Below are positions 17,975-27,377 of a stretch of 64,000 nucleotides of DNA, piece after piece (the stretch's first letter is position 1; each line of letters opens with the position of its first letter). The position numbers and the translations under genes were made by a program. The DNA is from an uncultured Candidatus Saccharibacteria bacterium (lineage in GTDB: Bacteria; Patescibacteriota; Minisyncoccia; Phycocordibacterales; UBA9973), in the NCBI GenBank assembly GCA_964474435.1, contig CAYYSI010000002.1:26193-90192 (forward strand). The letters are read 5' to 3'. Under the pieces are notes generated by a model, which was given only the letters and a program-made list of their open reading frames with translations, did not search any database and had not been told where the DNA came from.

Positions 17975-19363
17975 TTATTTACAGTCCAATTCTACCACGT
18001 CTCCCTCTTCTGGTGCATACGCCTCTACTCCGAGATAGTCACGCAGTCGTTGCGTGAGAAATAATGCACTCTTGGGCTCGCCCATCACCACAAATACTTT
18101 CTTCACTGTGTCAGCTATAGACTCAACGAATGCAACCAAGTGATCCGAATCCTTGTGTCCTGAATATCCATCGATGAATACGACGTTGGCACGTACTGGC
18201 ACTGTCTGCCCATTGATGTGGACTTCCTTTGCACCGTCTTGGATCGCACGACCCATCGTGCCGAGAGATTGATAGCCAGTGAGCAGGAGTGTGTTGGCAG
18301 GGTTGGGCAAATAGTTGGCTTCGTGATGAAGCACTCGCCCACCGTTACTCATCCCAGAACCTGCGATCACAATTTTAGGATTCGTTGAATGCAGAATGTC
18401 TTTGGATTCTTCGGTGAGCAATGTGGATTTGAGTCCTGGGAAGTTAAAGATGTCGTTGCCGCCCTTGATGAGGTTGCGCGCAAAGTCGTTGTAGTATGCA
18501 GAATATTTGTGATAGATGGCGGTGAGCTTGATGCCAAGCGGGCTATCAAAAAAGATTGGCATCTGCGGCACACGGTCGTGTTCGACGAGCTGATCGATTT
18601 CAAAAAGGAGTTCTTGGGAACGCTCAAGTGAAAACGTTGGGATCACGAGTGTTCCCTTCTTTTTAAAATTGTCTTCAATCGTTGCCTCCAGTCTCTCTCG
18701 TCTGACACTGCGCTCAGTGTGATTGCGATCACCATACACACTTTCCATCAGGAGATAGTCCACATTTTTGAGTTCCTCGGTATCGCGCAATAGTGGGGAT
18801 GGGGAGTTGCCGAGGTCGCCTGTAAACACAATTTTCTTGTTGTTGTAGATCAGCTCAAGCATGCCAGAGCCGAGCACGTGCCCAGCGTCACGATAGCGAA
18901 ATATAAATGGACCGATAGGCAAATCCTGATGATAGTCGATCACCTTCCAGTTTTGGAATACTTGTTCCAAGATCTTTGGACTATAGATTTCTTTGAGGAT
19001 TGGGTTCTCACCATGCCCAAGGATGTTGGCAGTGTCTTCGAGCATGAGCTCAGTGATGTCCTTGGTAGGTATCGTCGAGTAGATCTGCCCCTTGAATCCA
19101 TCGTGCACGAGCTTTGGGATGCGTCCAATGTGGTCGATGTGTGCATGTGTGATGAATAGTATGTCGATCGTGCTTGGATCATAGATAAAAGGATCCCAGT
19201 TTTTGTCATCGGCCATCTTGGTGCCTTGATTGAGCCCACAGTCGATCAAGAATCGTTTGCCTTCACCTTCGAGCAAGAAGTTTGCACCAGTCACTGATCC
19301 TGTGCCACCTGCGAATGTAAGTTTCAATGTGTACGGTTTGGTTGGAGTATCGCTCATTGTCAT
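17975..19363 (-). CDS. MBL-fold metallo-hydrolase of the beta-CASP RNA-metabolising family
   Basis: HAHIDHIG motif, later D/H motifs and beta-CASP organisation (462 aa). Confidence 0.75.
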   Translation of the reverse strand: MTMSDTPTKPYTLKLTFAGGTGSVTGANFLLEGEGKRFLIDCGLNQGTKMADDKNWDPFIYDPSTIDILFITHAHIDHIGRIPKLVHDGFKGQIYSTIPTKDITELMLEDTANILGHGENPILKEIYSPKILEQVFQNWKVIDYHQDLPIGPFIFRYRDAGHVLGSGMLELIYNNKKIVFTGDLGNSPSPLLRDTEELKNVDYLLMESVYGDRNHTERSVRRERLEATIEDNFKKKGTLVIPTFSLERSQELLFEIDQLVEHDRVPQMPIFFDSPLGIKLTAIYHKYSAYYNDFARNLIKGGNDIFNFPGLKSTLLTEESKDILHSTNPKIVIAGSGMSNGGRVLHHEANYLPNPANTLLLTGYQSLGTMGRAIQDGAKEVHINGQTVPVRANVVFIDGYSGHKDSDHLVAFVESIADTVKKVFVVMGEPKSALFLTQRLRDYLGVEAYAPEEGDVVELDCK

Positions 19364-19806
19364 CTATTGTACCGTTTTTGTGCGCGTATCACAAAGAGTG
19401 CACCAACACTGCCGCCGATCATGTCGCAAATGAGATCTGAAATAGAGTCCGACACATCTGCCAAGTGCACACCTTTGATATAAAACTGCACGATGTACTC
19501 ATAGTATTCCCAGCCAAGTCCAATGATAAAAACAAAGAGTGCGACCGTAATAAATAATTCTCGCGGTGTGAGCTCGACAAGTTTGCGTGCAAGGAATGCT
19601 CCTCCAAGAAGAGCGACAAAGACGCCCCCCAGTGTGTGCATGAACATATCAAACCATTGGATAGAGACGTACCAATAAAATGCGTTGGCAACACTGTTCA
19701 AGAGAAGCACTCCGATCCCCACACTGGCTGCATATGCGATAAGCCGACGATACATAGGAATAGTATCGCATACAACAATAGAAAAATCCCCTACTTTAGG
19801 GGACAT
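19360..19806 (-). CDS. hypothetical integral membrane protein
   Basis: 148 aa with 4 predicted TM helices; overlaps the downstream gene by 4 nt. Confidence 0.4.
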   Translation of the reverse strand: MSPKVGDFSIVVCDTIPMYRRLIAYAASVGIGVLLLNSVANAFYWYVSIQWFDMFMHTLGGVFVALLGGAFLARKLVELTPRELFITVALFVFIIGLGWEYYEYIVQFYIKGVHLADVSDSISDLICDMIGGSVGALFVIRAQKRYNR

Positions 19807-19810
19807 TTCT

Positions 19811-19969
19811 TACGGCTATTTAGAAAATAGTACCTTAGCGTTAAGCCAGGTGGGACACGTGGGGCACAACAATTCCTCGTCAGACAATAAATCGAATGAC
19901 ATGGTTTTGAGGTACCCACAACGGTTTCCCAAAAAGATCTGTTCTAAGTACTATTTTTAAATAGCCGTA
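19811..19969. repeat. 159-bp element bounded by 23-bp near-perfect inverted repeats (possible MITE or structured RNA)
   Basis: TACGGCTATTTAGAAAATAGTAC at 19811-19833 versus the reverse complement of GTACTATTTTTAAATAGCCGTA at 19948-19969 (1 mismatch); the internal region has further GTGGG/CCCAC pairings. Confidence 0.6.
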
Positions 19970-20060
19970 CTTTTATTATATCGCTCTCACACTTCCCCAC
20001 AAGATAGACAGTGGATAAGTGTGTTGTTGAGTTGCCTTACAAGTAGACAACAGATAGTTT

Positions 20061-20537
20061 TTACATCAAGTCGTCAGAGAAAATGAATTTCGTATCAACT
20101 TTGTCATAGTCCACGATCTCATCATCTGCAAAGAATCGTTTGATCTCAGCTTTCCCATTCTCCACTGAGTCTGACGCATGCACGACGTTTGATTGCATCG
20201 AGAGTGCAAGGTCGCCACGGATCGTACCTGCCGCTGCTTCATAGCCTTTGGTTGGGCCAACGATGACGCGGATCGCATCGATCGCCTTGAGTCCTGCAAC
20301 TGCCATGACGATGACAGGACTCGACATCATGAAGCGCTCGATACGTGGATAAAATGGCTTGTCAGCAACGTGTGCGTAGTGCTCCTTGAGGAGTGTGTCC
20401 TTGAGGTGCATCATTTTCATGCCAATGATCTTGAGACCTTTGCGTTCAAAGCGGTTGATAATCTCTCCAACAAGTGAGCGCTGTACTGCGTCTGGCTTAA
20501 TAATAATGAGGGATCTCTCTTCTGTTTCGTGAATCAT
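20061..20537 (-). CDS. ndk: nucleoside diphosphate kinase
   Basis: ERSLIIIKPDAVQR..., NVVHASDSVENGKAEI with the catalytic His; 158 aa. Confidence 0.9.
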   Translation of the reverse strand: MIHETEERSLIIIKPDAVQRSLVGEIINRFERKGLKIIGMKMMHLKDTLLKEHYAHVADKPFYPRIERFMMSSPVIVMAVAGLKAIDAIRVIVGPTKGYEAAAGTIRGDLALSMQSNVVHASDSVENGKAEIKRFFADDEIVDYDKVDTKFIFSDDLM

Positions 20538-20606
20538 ACCGACCCATCATATAGGGAAATAAAAAAAGCCGCAAATCCTACTTATCCTTCGGATATAAGT
20601 GTTCCC

Positions 20607-22298
20607 TTACATCCTCTCTGGCACTTCAATTCCGAGTATATGAAGTCCATTCGTTAGTGTCTGTTTCGTAGCCTTCACAACTGCGAGTCTGTATGCAGTT
20701 GCAGCTGTGTCTTCATCAATGATCTTGCCTTGGCCGTACCAAGTATTGAATGCCTGTGCGACGTCGAGGAGGTAGCCGACGAGGTGGTGTGGTGCCCATT
20801 CTCGCTGTGCAAGTGTCATGACTTCTGGGAGTCGAGCAATCAGGCGTTCCAACATTTCAGTACCTAGGACTGGAGTTGTCGCATCGGGATTGATGCCTTG
20901 CTCACTTCCTTTTTTCAAAAGTGTCCCTGCACGCACTGCTGTGTATTGGAGATATGGACCTGAGTCGCCGACAAATGAAAGTGATGTCTCTGGATCAAAG
21001 TCGATGTTCTTGCCGGCCTGTGCACGCAGGATCGCAAACTTGATTGATGCAATACCGATTTGCTGTGCAGCTGTATCAGTGATATCAGCATTTTTTTCTT
21101 TGACTTCGCCGATCACCGTGTCGAGCACTTCAGACACAAGCGGTACTCCTCCGAGACGAGACGACATCTTTTGCCCTTTGAATGACATACGTCCGTGATA
21201 TCGATGCAAACTTTTGTCAGACCATTCTTTATGAATTTTCTTTGCAGCATCGAGGACCACATTGAAGTGTGAGACCTGCTGCACGTCAGTGATAAAGATT
21301 GAGAGATCGGGATTGTACTTTTTGAATTTCAAATCCAAGAGCCCAATGTCCTTGGCTTCGTATGTTGGATTGCCTTGGGAATTGATGAATACTGCAGTAT
21401 GAAGTCGATTTCCAGGCGCATAGATAATTGCTCCACCTTCTCCATACCCAAATATTTCTGATGATATATTCTCAAGCACAACCTTTTTCCCCACTACTCC
21501 CGCTTCGCTTTCATATATATATGCATCGAAGTGTGAGCCGAGCTTTGCAACGATACCTTCGAAGTAGTTGATGTTAAACGCCTTGCATGCCGCAAAGAGC
21601 TTGAGCTCATTTGACTCTCTACCCGCGTACAAATTATCAGCAATTTCCTTCACTCGATACTGCGTATTGCCACACGACTCACTCTCCGTATCATCATATC
21701 GTTTCGTTCCTTCGACATAGGCGTCCCCCAGTACTGCGACATCAGTCGGTACAAAGTCTGCGCCGTATTTCTCAAGAAGTATAAATATAGCCTTGGCAAC
21801 ACCGAGCGAAATGTCTGACGGGAATGACACCGTGTTCACCTGTGCACCACTATACTGCGCGAGTCGCGTGATCGATTCGCCTATCGTGTTATTCATGAGG
21901 TGCCCGATGTGGAATGGCTTAAACAGGTTTGGCGATGAATGCTCTACCAAAATTTTCTTGCCCGTGTACACATTGGTATGGCCATACGTCTCGACATTTG
22001 CCGCTTCGCGAATTGCATCGACGAAGTGCGTGTGGGCAAGGGTGAAGTTGATAAAGCCTGGACCTGCGATCGTTATTGATTGCACAAAACTTTCTTTGTG
22101 TTCATTCAAATATGCGACAAGTTGCTCTGCGATCTCTGTTGGATTTTTGCCAAGCTGTTTGGATGCGGCAAGTGCTGCGTTGGTTGCATAGTCCCCATGA
22201 CTCATGTCCTTCGGGTGCTCAATGACAAATGCCACATCCGACACACCAAAAAGCTCTGACAGAGCCTTGGCCACAACCTTTTGGAGATAGTCGTTCAT
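20607..22298 (-). CDS. argS: arginyl-tRNA synthetase
   Basis: SSPNLFKPFHIGHL (HIGH), KMSSR (KMSKS variant) and ArgRS N-terminal and anticodon-binding domains; 563 aa. Confidence 0.9.
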   Translation of the reverse strand: MNDYLQKVVAKALSELFGVSDVAFVIEHPKDMSHGDYATNAALAASKQLGKNPTEIAEQLVAYLNEHKESFVQSITIAGPGFINFTLAHTHFVDAIREAANVETYGHTNVYTGKKILVEHSSPNLFKPFHIGHLMNNTIGESITRLAQYSGAQVNTVSFPSDISLGVAKAIFILLEKYGADFVPTDVAVLGDAYVEGTKRYDDTESESCGNTQYRVKEIADNLYAGRESNELKLFAACKAFNINYFEGIVAKLGSHFDAYIYESEAGVVGKKVVLENISSEIFGYGEGGAIIYAPGNRLHTAVFINSQGNPTYEAKDIGLLDLKFKKYNPDLSIFITDVQQVSHFNVVLDAAKKIHKEWSDKSLHRYHGRMSFKGQKMSSRLGGVPLVSEVLDTVIGEVKEKNADITDTAAQQIGIASIKFAILRAQAGKNIDFDPETSLSFVGDSGPYLQYTAVRAGTLLKKGSEQGINPDATTPVLGTEMLERLIARLPEVMTLAQREWAPHHLVGYLLDVAQAFNTWYGQGKIIDEDTAATAYRLAVVKATKQTLTNGLHILGIEVPERM

Positions 22299-22347
22299 AT
22301 CGATGATTCTAGCAGAAAATCCTTTATTTCACAGCGCACCTTCTGCA

Positions 22348-22770
22348 CTACTTACCCGAGCTCCCAAACCCTGTCGTTCCCCGCTCAGTATCACTGAGTT
22401 CATCCACGACTTCAAATGTCGCCTGCTCGACTTTCTGTATCAGTACCTGTGCTACCTTGTCGCCCTTTTCAAATACGTATTCTGTGTCCGAGAGATTGAT
22501 CATACCGATCATATATTCGCCGCGGTACTCCGCATCGATCACCCCACCAAGTGTCTTGAGGCCATTCTTGATCGCGAGCCCACTCTTGTCCCACACGAGC
22601 GCTACATACCCTGTCGGCAGCTCAATACACACACCTGTCGGTATTGCCGACTGCACACCAGGACTCATCACCGTCCGTTCCCTCGCATATACATCAAACC
22701 CCGCATCACCAGATTTGGCATAGTGGAGGTCTGGAAGCATTGGGTCGAGTTTTTTGACACGAATTTGCAT
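22348..22770 (-). CDS. dut: dUTP diphosphatase (trimeric dUTPase)
   Basis: AKSGDAGFDVYA, IPTGVCIELPTGYVALVWDKSGLA, GVIDAEYRGE and C-terminal RG.TGFGSSG motifs. Confidence 0.85.
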   Translation of the reverse strand: MQIRVKKLDPMLPDLHYAKSGDAGFDVYARERTVMSPGVQSAIPTGVCIELPTGYVALVWDKSGLAIKNGLKTLGGVIDAEYRGEYMIGMINLSDTEYVFEKGDKVAQVLIQKVEQATFEVVDELSDTERGTTGFGSSGK

Positions 22771-22854
22771 GGCGAAATTGTACCACTGAAGTACCAAGTG
22801 ACAATATTTGACTTTCCTTTTCTAAAACATAGTATTAAAGGAAATTAATCGACT

Positions 22855-23085
22855 ATGATTGTACTTTCAAAGATTAACCCCGATACACCCCTCGGGAAAC
22901 TCCAATTAGCCGGTATTGCCACTAATGAAATATCTGATGAAAAATTTGAAGAATTATTTCATGATTTTGATGTTGAAGGCGAAGAAGGTATTGATGATCT
23001 CATGAAAATCTTAGATGTCATGAGGATAAATCGCCCAGCTCTTTATCAGAAGTATGAAAAACAGATATTGGCACTAAAAGACTGA
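22855..23085 (+). CDS. small acidic hypothetical protein
   Basis: 76-aa ORF followed by a hairpin terminator at 23090-23118. Confidence 0.35.
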   Translation: MIVLSKINPDTPLGKLQLAGIATNEISDEKFEELFHDFDVEGEEGIDDLMKILDVMRINRPALYQKYEKQILALKD

Positions 23086-23118
23086 TTTGATGGCCTGCAT
23101 ATTGCGGGCCATTTTTAT

Positions 23119-23146
23119 TTGACTTTGAGTTATTTAACTGTAGTAT
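23119..23146 (+). promoter_or_regulatory. candidate sigma70-type promoter for the DUF1599-like gene
   Basis: TTGACT -35 box, a 16-nt spacer, then TAGTAT; the same TTTTATTTGACTT motif recurs at 23761. Confidence 0.3.
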
Positions 23147-23165
23147 TTCAAACAAATTACCTTCT

Positions 23166-23726
23166 ATGACAAAAGTAGATATTGAGAAGACAATCTCTCA
23201 GTACCAACAAGTGACTACTACTGCAAAAGAAACTGTCTTATCAAAAAACGACGAGTATGGGCAAAGCTGGATAATATTTCGACCATTTTCGATGTTGGAT
23301 CAAATATTCATCAAATTGCAACGTATTCGTACTATCCAGGAAAAAGGTGTCCAGGAAATCAAAGAAGAACCGATAGAAGAAGATTTTTACCACATCATTA
23401 ACTACTGCACGTTTGGATTAATACTTATCAACATAAAGCCTCAAACCGACTTCTCAAAAGAAGAGCTGAGCACACAATACGACACAACAACTAATGCTGT
23501 ATTGGATTTATGTAAAAGTAAAAATCATGATTATGGTGAAGCGTGGCGACTGCTTAATGTTAGCAGTATGGTTGATTTATCCCTCGCCAAATGCCTTCGT
23601 GGAAAAATGATGCAGAACAACAAAGCCTTGACCGAACCCAAGCTTTCCGAAATCTTAAAAGACATCATGAACTATGCTATTTTTTGTAGAATTAGAATCA
23701 CTGAAGGAACTGACCCGATGATCTAA
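23166..23726 (+). CDS. internally duplicated helical protein, DUF1599-like
   Basis: Two tandem ~90-aa repeats each carrying QY..T...L..SKN.[DE]YG..W......SM.D (KNDEYGQSW and KNHDYGEAWR); own promoter and terminator. The DUF1599 assignment is from memory. Confidence 0.45.
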   Translation: MTKVDIEKTISQYQQVTTTAKETVLSKNDEYGQSWIIFRPFSMLDQIFIKLQRIRTIQEKGVQEIKEEPIEEDFYHIINYCTFGLILINIKPQTDFSKEELSTQYDTTTNAVLDLCKSKNHDYGEAWRLLNVSSMVDLSLAKCLRGKMMQNNKALTEPKLSEILKDIMNYAIFCRIRITEGTDPMI

Positions 23727-23763
23727 ATGAAAAGCCAACCCAATTTGGGTCGGCTTTTTTTAT

Positions 23764-23791
23764 TTGACTTTCCCCTCTTTTGCAGTAATGT
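23764..23791 (+). promoter_or_regulatory. candidate promoter for thyA
   Basis: TTGACT, a 16-nt spacer, TAATGT; preceded by a terminator hairpin at 23733-23761. Confidence 0.3.
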
Positions 23792-23833
23792 AAGGGCAAA
23801 CGAAACAACTATTTTTCATTTAAAAAAATAAAT

Positions 23834-24745
23834 ATGGAACAGCAGTATCTTGATTTACTCAAGCACATTAAAACCAAGGGCACTGATAAAACAGACCGAA
23901 CAGGCACTGGTACACGCAGCATTTTTGGATATCAAATGAGGCATGACCTTAGTAAGGGATTTCCATTACTAACAACTAAAAAGACTCATCTTAAAAGCGT
24001 TATTATTGAACTATTATGGTTTTTGGCCGGAGATACCAACATTAAATATCTCAAAGAAAATAATGTAAAAATCTGGGATGAATGGGCCGATGAAAACGGG
24101 GACCTTGGACCCGTTTACGGCAAACAATGGCGTAGCTGGGAAGGAGCTGATGGAGTTGAAATCGATCAGGTCACCGACCTTATCAAGCAACTGAAAACGA
24201 ACCCCGATAGTCGCAGGCTCATCATTAGTGCATGGAACGTCGCAGATCTTCCGAAAATGAAGCTTATGCCGTGTCATTGTTTGTTTCAATTCAATACACG
24301 CCCGTTGAGTTTCTCAGAACGAGAAGCTGCATTAGATCGCGGTATAAAAAATGAAACTATAGAATATAAGTACATGGATCTGGGCGAAGGAAATTGGGAC
24401 GAAGCTGGTGTACCGAAGTTTAAACTCGATTGCCAGCTCTACCAAAGAAGTGCTGACGTATTTCTAGGAGTACCATTCAATATTGCATCATATGCACTGT
24501 TTACCTTGATGGTTGCACAAGTTACAAATTGTGTGCCCGGAGATTTCGTTCACAGTTTTGGTGATGTACACATTTATAACAACCATTTCGACCAGGTTGA
24601 CTTGCAACTATCACGATCATTGTTTCCATTGCCAACAGTAAAGATAAATCCTAAGGTGAAAAGCATCTTCGATTTTAAATTTGAAGATTTTACTTTAGAA
24701 AATTATCAATGCCATCCTGCTATCAAAGCACCGGTTGCGGTGTAG
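23834..24745 (+). CDS. thyA: thymidylate synthase (ThyA) with a ~40-aa insertion after the catalytic Cys
   Basis: [60 protein letters not shown] and C-terminal [10 protein letters not shown]. Insert [46 protein letters not shown] replaces the short YVADGK hairpin of E. coli ThyA. Confidence 0.9.
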   Translation: MEQQYLDLLKHIKTKGTDKTDRTGTGTRSIFGYQMRHDLSKGFPLLTTKKTHLKSVIIELLWFLAGDTNIKYLKENNVKIWDEWADENGDLGPVYGKQWRSWEGADGVEIDQVTDLIKQLKTNPDSRRLIISAWNVADLPKMKLMPCHCLFQFNTRPLSFSEREAALDRGIKNETIEYKYMDLGEGNWDEAGVPKFKLDCQLYQRSADVFLGVPFNIASYALFTLMVAQVTNCVPGDFVHSFGDVHIYNNHFDQVDLQLSRSLFPLPTVKINPKVKSIFDFKFEDFTLENYQCHPAIKAPVAV

Positions 24746-24764
24746 TAGAGAAAATCTAAAGCCC

Positions 24765-25238
24765 TTACTTAATAAGTAAGGGCTTTGTTGTTTGGAGAAA
24801 GACGCTGTGTATTGAAATAGCATTGAGTATGTAGCTCTGTAGCTCAATCATATTTTTTTCATACTCGAGTAAAAACAGTTTGTTTCTATCGATTCCAATA
24901 TTGAGCTTGTCAGGTGAAACCGCCTTACCATTTGCCTCACTACAAATAATGAGCAGCACGCGATGTTGAGCAAGATCACTAAAGAATGGTGTGTTTGGAT
25001 TGCGAACATCATATTGAACCAATCCTCGTTCAAAGATCAACACATCTGCATCTTCGAGGAAGTATGAAAACAGAAGAGACTCCTGTTGATCCACCGCATC
25101 CAGCAGCTCCCTCGTGTCTGGTAATGCTATATCTTTCCATTTATGACATTCCCATACACTGAAATGTTCTTTCAGTTCCCGGATCGATTTTTGTAAACCA
25201 CTTTCTCCATAAAAGGGTTTTGCTATATAAATGTTCAT
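24765..25238 (-). CDS. hypothetical protein, possibly nucleoside 2-deoxyribosyltransferase-like Rossmann fold
   Basis: N-terminal MNIYIAKPFYGE resembles the IYLAGPFF start of NDT-like proteins; otherwise unassigned. Sits antisense between thyA and folA. Confidence 0.3.
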   Translation of the reverse strand: MNIYIAKPFYGESGLQKSIRELKEHFSVWECHKWKDIALPDTRELLDAVDQQESLLFSYFLEDADVLIFERGLVQYDVRNPNTPFFSDLAQHRVLLIICSEANGKAVSPDKLNIGIDRNKLFLLEYEKNMIELQSYILNAISIHSVFLQTTKPLLIK

Positions 25239-25320
25239 ACTAATGAGTTTTGGCAACTCTAGCACAGTGTTTGACAAAAATCCAATCCTTGGTAAGGTGA
25301 AATAAATTAAAAACTACATT

Positions 25321-25863
25321 ATGAAAAAAATATTGCTTATTATCGCTCGCAGTATCAACGGTATGATTGGTCGCGACAATGATCTCCCGTGGGGATTACA
25401 CAAAGACGACATGAATTTCTTTATGTCTATCACCATGGGAGGGGTACTAATCATGGGAAGACTCACGGCAGAATCGCTTTTGAAAAAAACAAAAAAAGCG
25501 TTATCCGGCAGGATCAATATTGTGATATCAAGAAAGTCACAACAAGAATTGCAGCATCTCATTTCTGCTGGTTTCATTGTGTGTTCAAGTTATGAAGAAG
25601 CAATGAGAGAGGCTCATAAAACTGACAAAGAGAGGATATGGATTATTGGCGGGGCTCAGCTCTATGCCCTAGCAGCTGAACATTCAGAATTTATCATCGA
25701 TGAGATGTACATAACCGAGATCCAAGGTGAGTTTGAAGGAGACACGGAATGTCCCAATCTATATCTATCGGAATATGAGAGAGCCCCTTTTGCTCATTTT
25801 TACAAAAGCAAACGAAATCCTTCCGGATTCGATATTGATCACTATGTCCGCCTGCGTGCATAA
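25321..25863 (+). CDS. folA: dihydrofolate reductase
   Basis: IGRDNDLPW, MGRLTAESL and IIGGAQLY motifs; 180 aa. Confidence 0.85.
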   Translation: MKKILLIIARSINGMIGRDNDLPWGLHKDDMNFFMSITMGGVLIMGRLTAESLLKKTKKALSGRINIVISRKSQQELQHLISAGFIVCSSYEEAMREAHKTDKERIWIIGGAQLYALAAEHSEFIIDEMYITEIQGEFEGDTECPNLYLSEYERAPFAHFYKSKRNPSGFDIDHYVRLRA

Positions 25864-25936
25864 ACAACATGTTCATTGCAAAAAAGCCATCCCCTTTCAG
25901 GAACGGCTTTTTTTATTTCGAGTTTATGAAAATGAT

Positions 25937-26362
25937 TTATCCAATCACTTCGATCCCAGCACTTCGTGCGGATCCTTCGACGATCTTCATTGCGGCGTCG
26001 ATGTCGTTGGCATTGAGGTCCGGCATCTTGCGTTCTGCAATTGCGCGAACCTGGTCTCGGGTGAGCTTGCCAACCTTTGAGGTGCGAGCCTTTCCAGAAC
26101 CTTTTTCAATACCTGCGGCCTTGAAGATGAGAGAGGTCATTGTTGGCTCAGTCACACGGAAGTCATAGGTGCGATCGTCATAGACGTCGATCTTGACCCC
26201 GAGAGTCTCGCCACGCTTGTCAGCAGTTGCTGCATTGAACTTCTGAACGAAGTCACCGATGTTCACCCCTGCCTGACCGAGTGCGGGTCCAAGTGGTGGA
26301 GCTGGAGTCGCCATGCCACCCACAGCTCGGATTTTGATCTTTTTTGTAATGTTTTTTGCCAT
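25937..26362 (-). CDS. rplK: 50S ribosomal protein L11
   Basis: MAKNITKKIKI...GGMATPAPPLGPALGQAGVNI..F. Start taken at MAKN rather than the 5'-extended ORF; not followed by rplA. Confidence 0.9.
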   Translation of the reverse strand: MAKNITKKIKIRAVGGMATPAPPLGPALGQAGVNIGDFVQKFNAATADKRGETLGVKIDVYDDRTYDFRVTEPTMTSLIFKAAGIEKGSGKARTSKVGKLTRDQVRAIAERKMPDLNANDIDAAMKIVEGSARSAGIEVIG

Positions 26363-26493
26363 AAATATGTGTCCCCGAAGGGATGTATTGCTAATGTAGA
26401 AGCAGTAGCGTAACCCAGCCACTATAGCAGAAACGGCGATTTTGTAAACAAAAAGGCCCCTTTCGGAAAAAGGGCCATTAAAAGCATTAATTT

Positions 26494-26760
26494 TTACGCA
26501 ACAGCAAGCTGGGGCTCGATACATACCTCAGATGGTGAAATACAGTACTCGTGATACATATCATATTTCTTGAAATCATCAGCACTTACCTGTAGAGTCA
26601 TTTTTCGTGTGTGACCAAGAAGTAGAGATGGTTTACGATTTTTCTTTCTGAACGGAACATAACACTCACATTGAAAGAAAAATTTTCCATTACTTTCATA
26701 TTTATCGATAATCGTTCCGTAGGGGAAAATATCAAACAGATAACATAGCATTTTTTTCAT
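26494..26760 (-). CDS. hypothetical small Cys-containing protein between nusG and rplK
   Basis: 88-aa ORF with ATG and a weak RBS; no homology recognised. Confidence 0.3.
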   Translation of the reverse strand: MKKMLCYLFDIFPYGTIIDKYESNGKFFFQCECYVPFRKKNRKPSLLLGHTRKMTLQVSADDFKKYDMYHEYCISPSEVCIEPQLAVA

Positions 26761-26827
26761 ATAAATAATTTTTCCTCACATTACAACAAACCCTTGCTTT
26801 TGGCAAGGGTTTGGGGAGATATCGTTT

Positions 26828-27376
26828 TTAGAGCTTTTTGACCTGGAGGAAGTCGAGTTCAACCGGGGTTTCGCGACCAAAGAGTGACACAAAGACTTTG
26901 ACCTTGCCACGCTCTGAGTCGACTTCTGACACGCGACCTTCGAGTTCCTTGAACGGCCCATCATTGATGATGATCGTCTCTCCTACTTCGAGGTCGATCG
27001 TGTGCTTGGTAACAGTATCGTCATCCATTTGTCCCAAAAGGAAATCAATTTCTTTTTGAGAAAGTGGTACTGGTACCACACCTGCGCCCACAAATCCCGT
27101 AACACGAGGAGTGTTGCGCACGACGAACCATGATTCCTCACTCACGATCATATCTACGAGCACGTATCCTGGGTACACCTTTTCCTCTACTTCCACACGC
27201 TTCCCTGCCTTGATCTTGATTTTCTTTTCGGTTGGCACGACAACACCAAAGATCTTGTCTTGCATACCGAGAGACTCAATACGCTGACGGAGGTTACGCA
27301 ACACCGCATTCTCATAGCCTGAGTATGTGTGGATCGCGTACCAGTGTCGTTCACCTGAATGTTCTTGTTTTGACAT
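26828..27376 (-). CDS. nusG: transcription termination/antitermination factor NusG
   Basis: WYAIHTYSGYE NGN domain and C-terminal KOW (GETIIINDGPFKELEGRV). Confidence 0.9.
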   Translation of the reverse strand: MSKQEHSGERHWYAIHTYSGYENAVLRNLRQRIESLGMQDKIFGVVVPTEKKIKIKAGKRVEVEEKVYPGYVLVDMIVSEESWFVVRNTPRVTGFVGAGVVPVPLSQKEIDFLLGQMDDDTVTKHTIDLEVGETIIINDGPFKELEGRVSEVDSERGKVKVFVSLFGRETPVELDFLQVKKL

Positions 27377-27377
27377 A

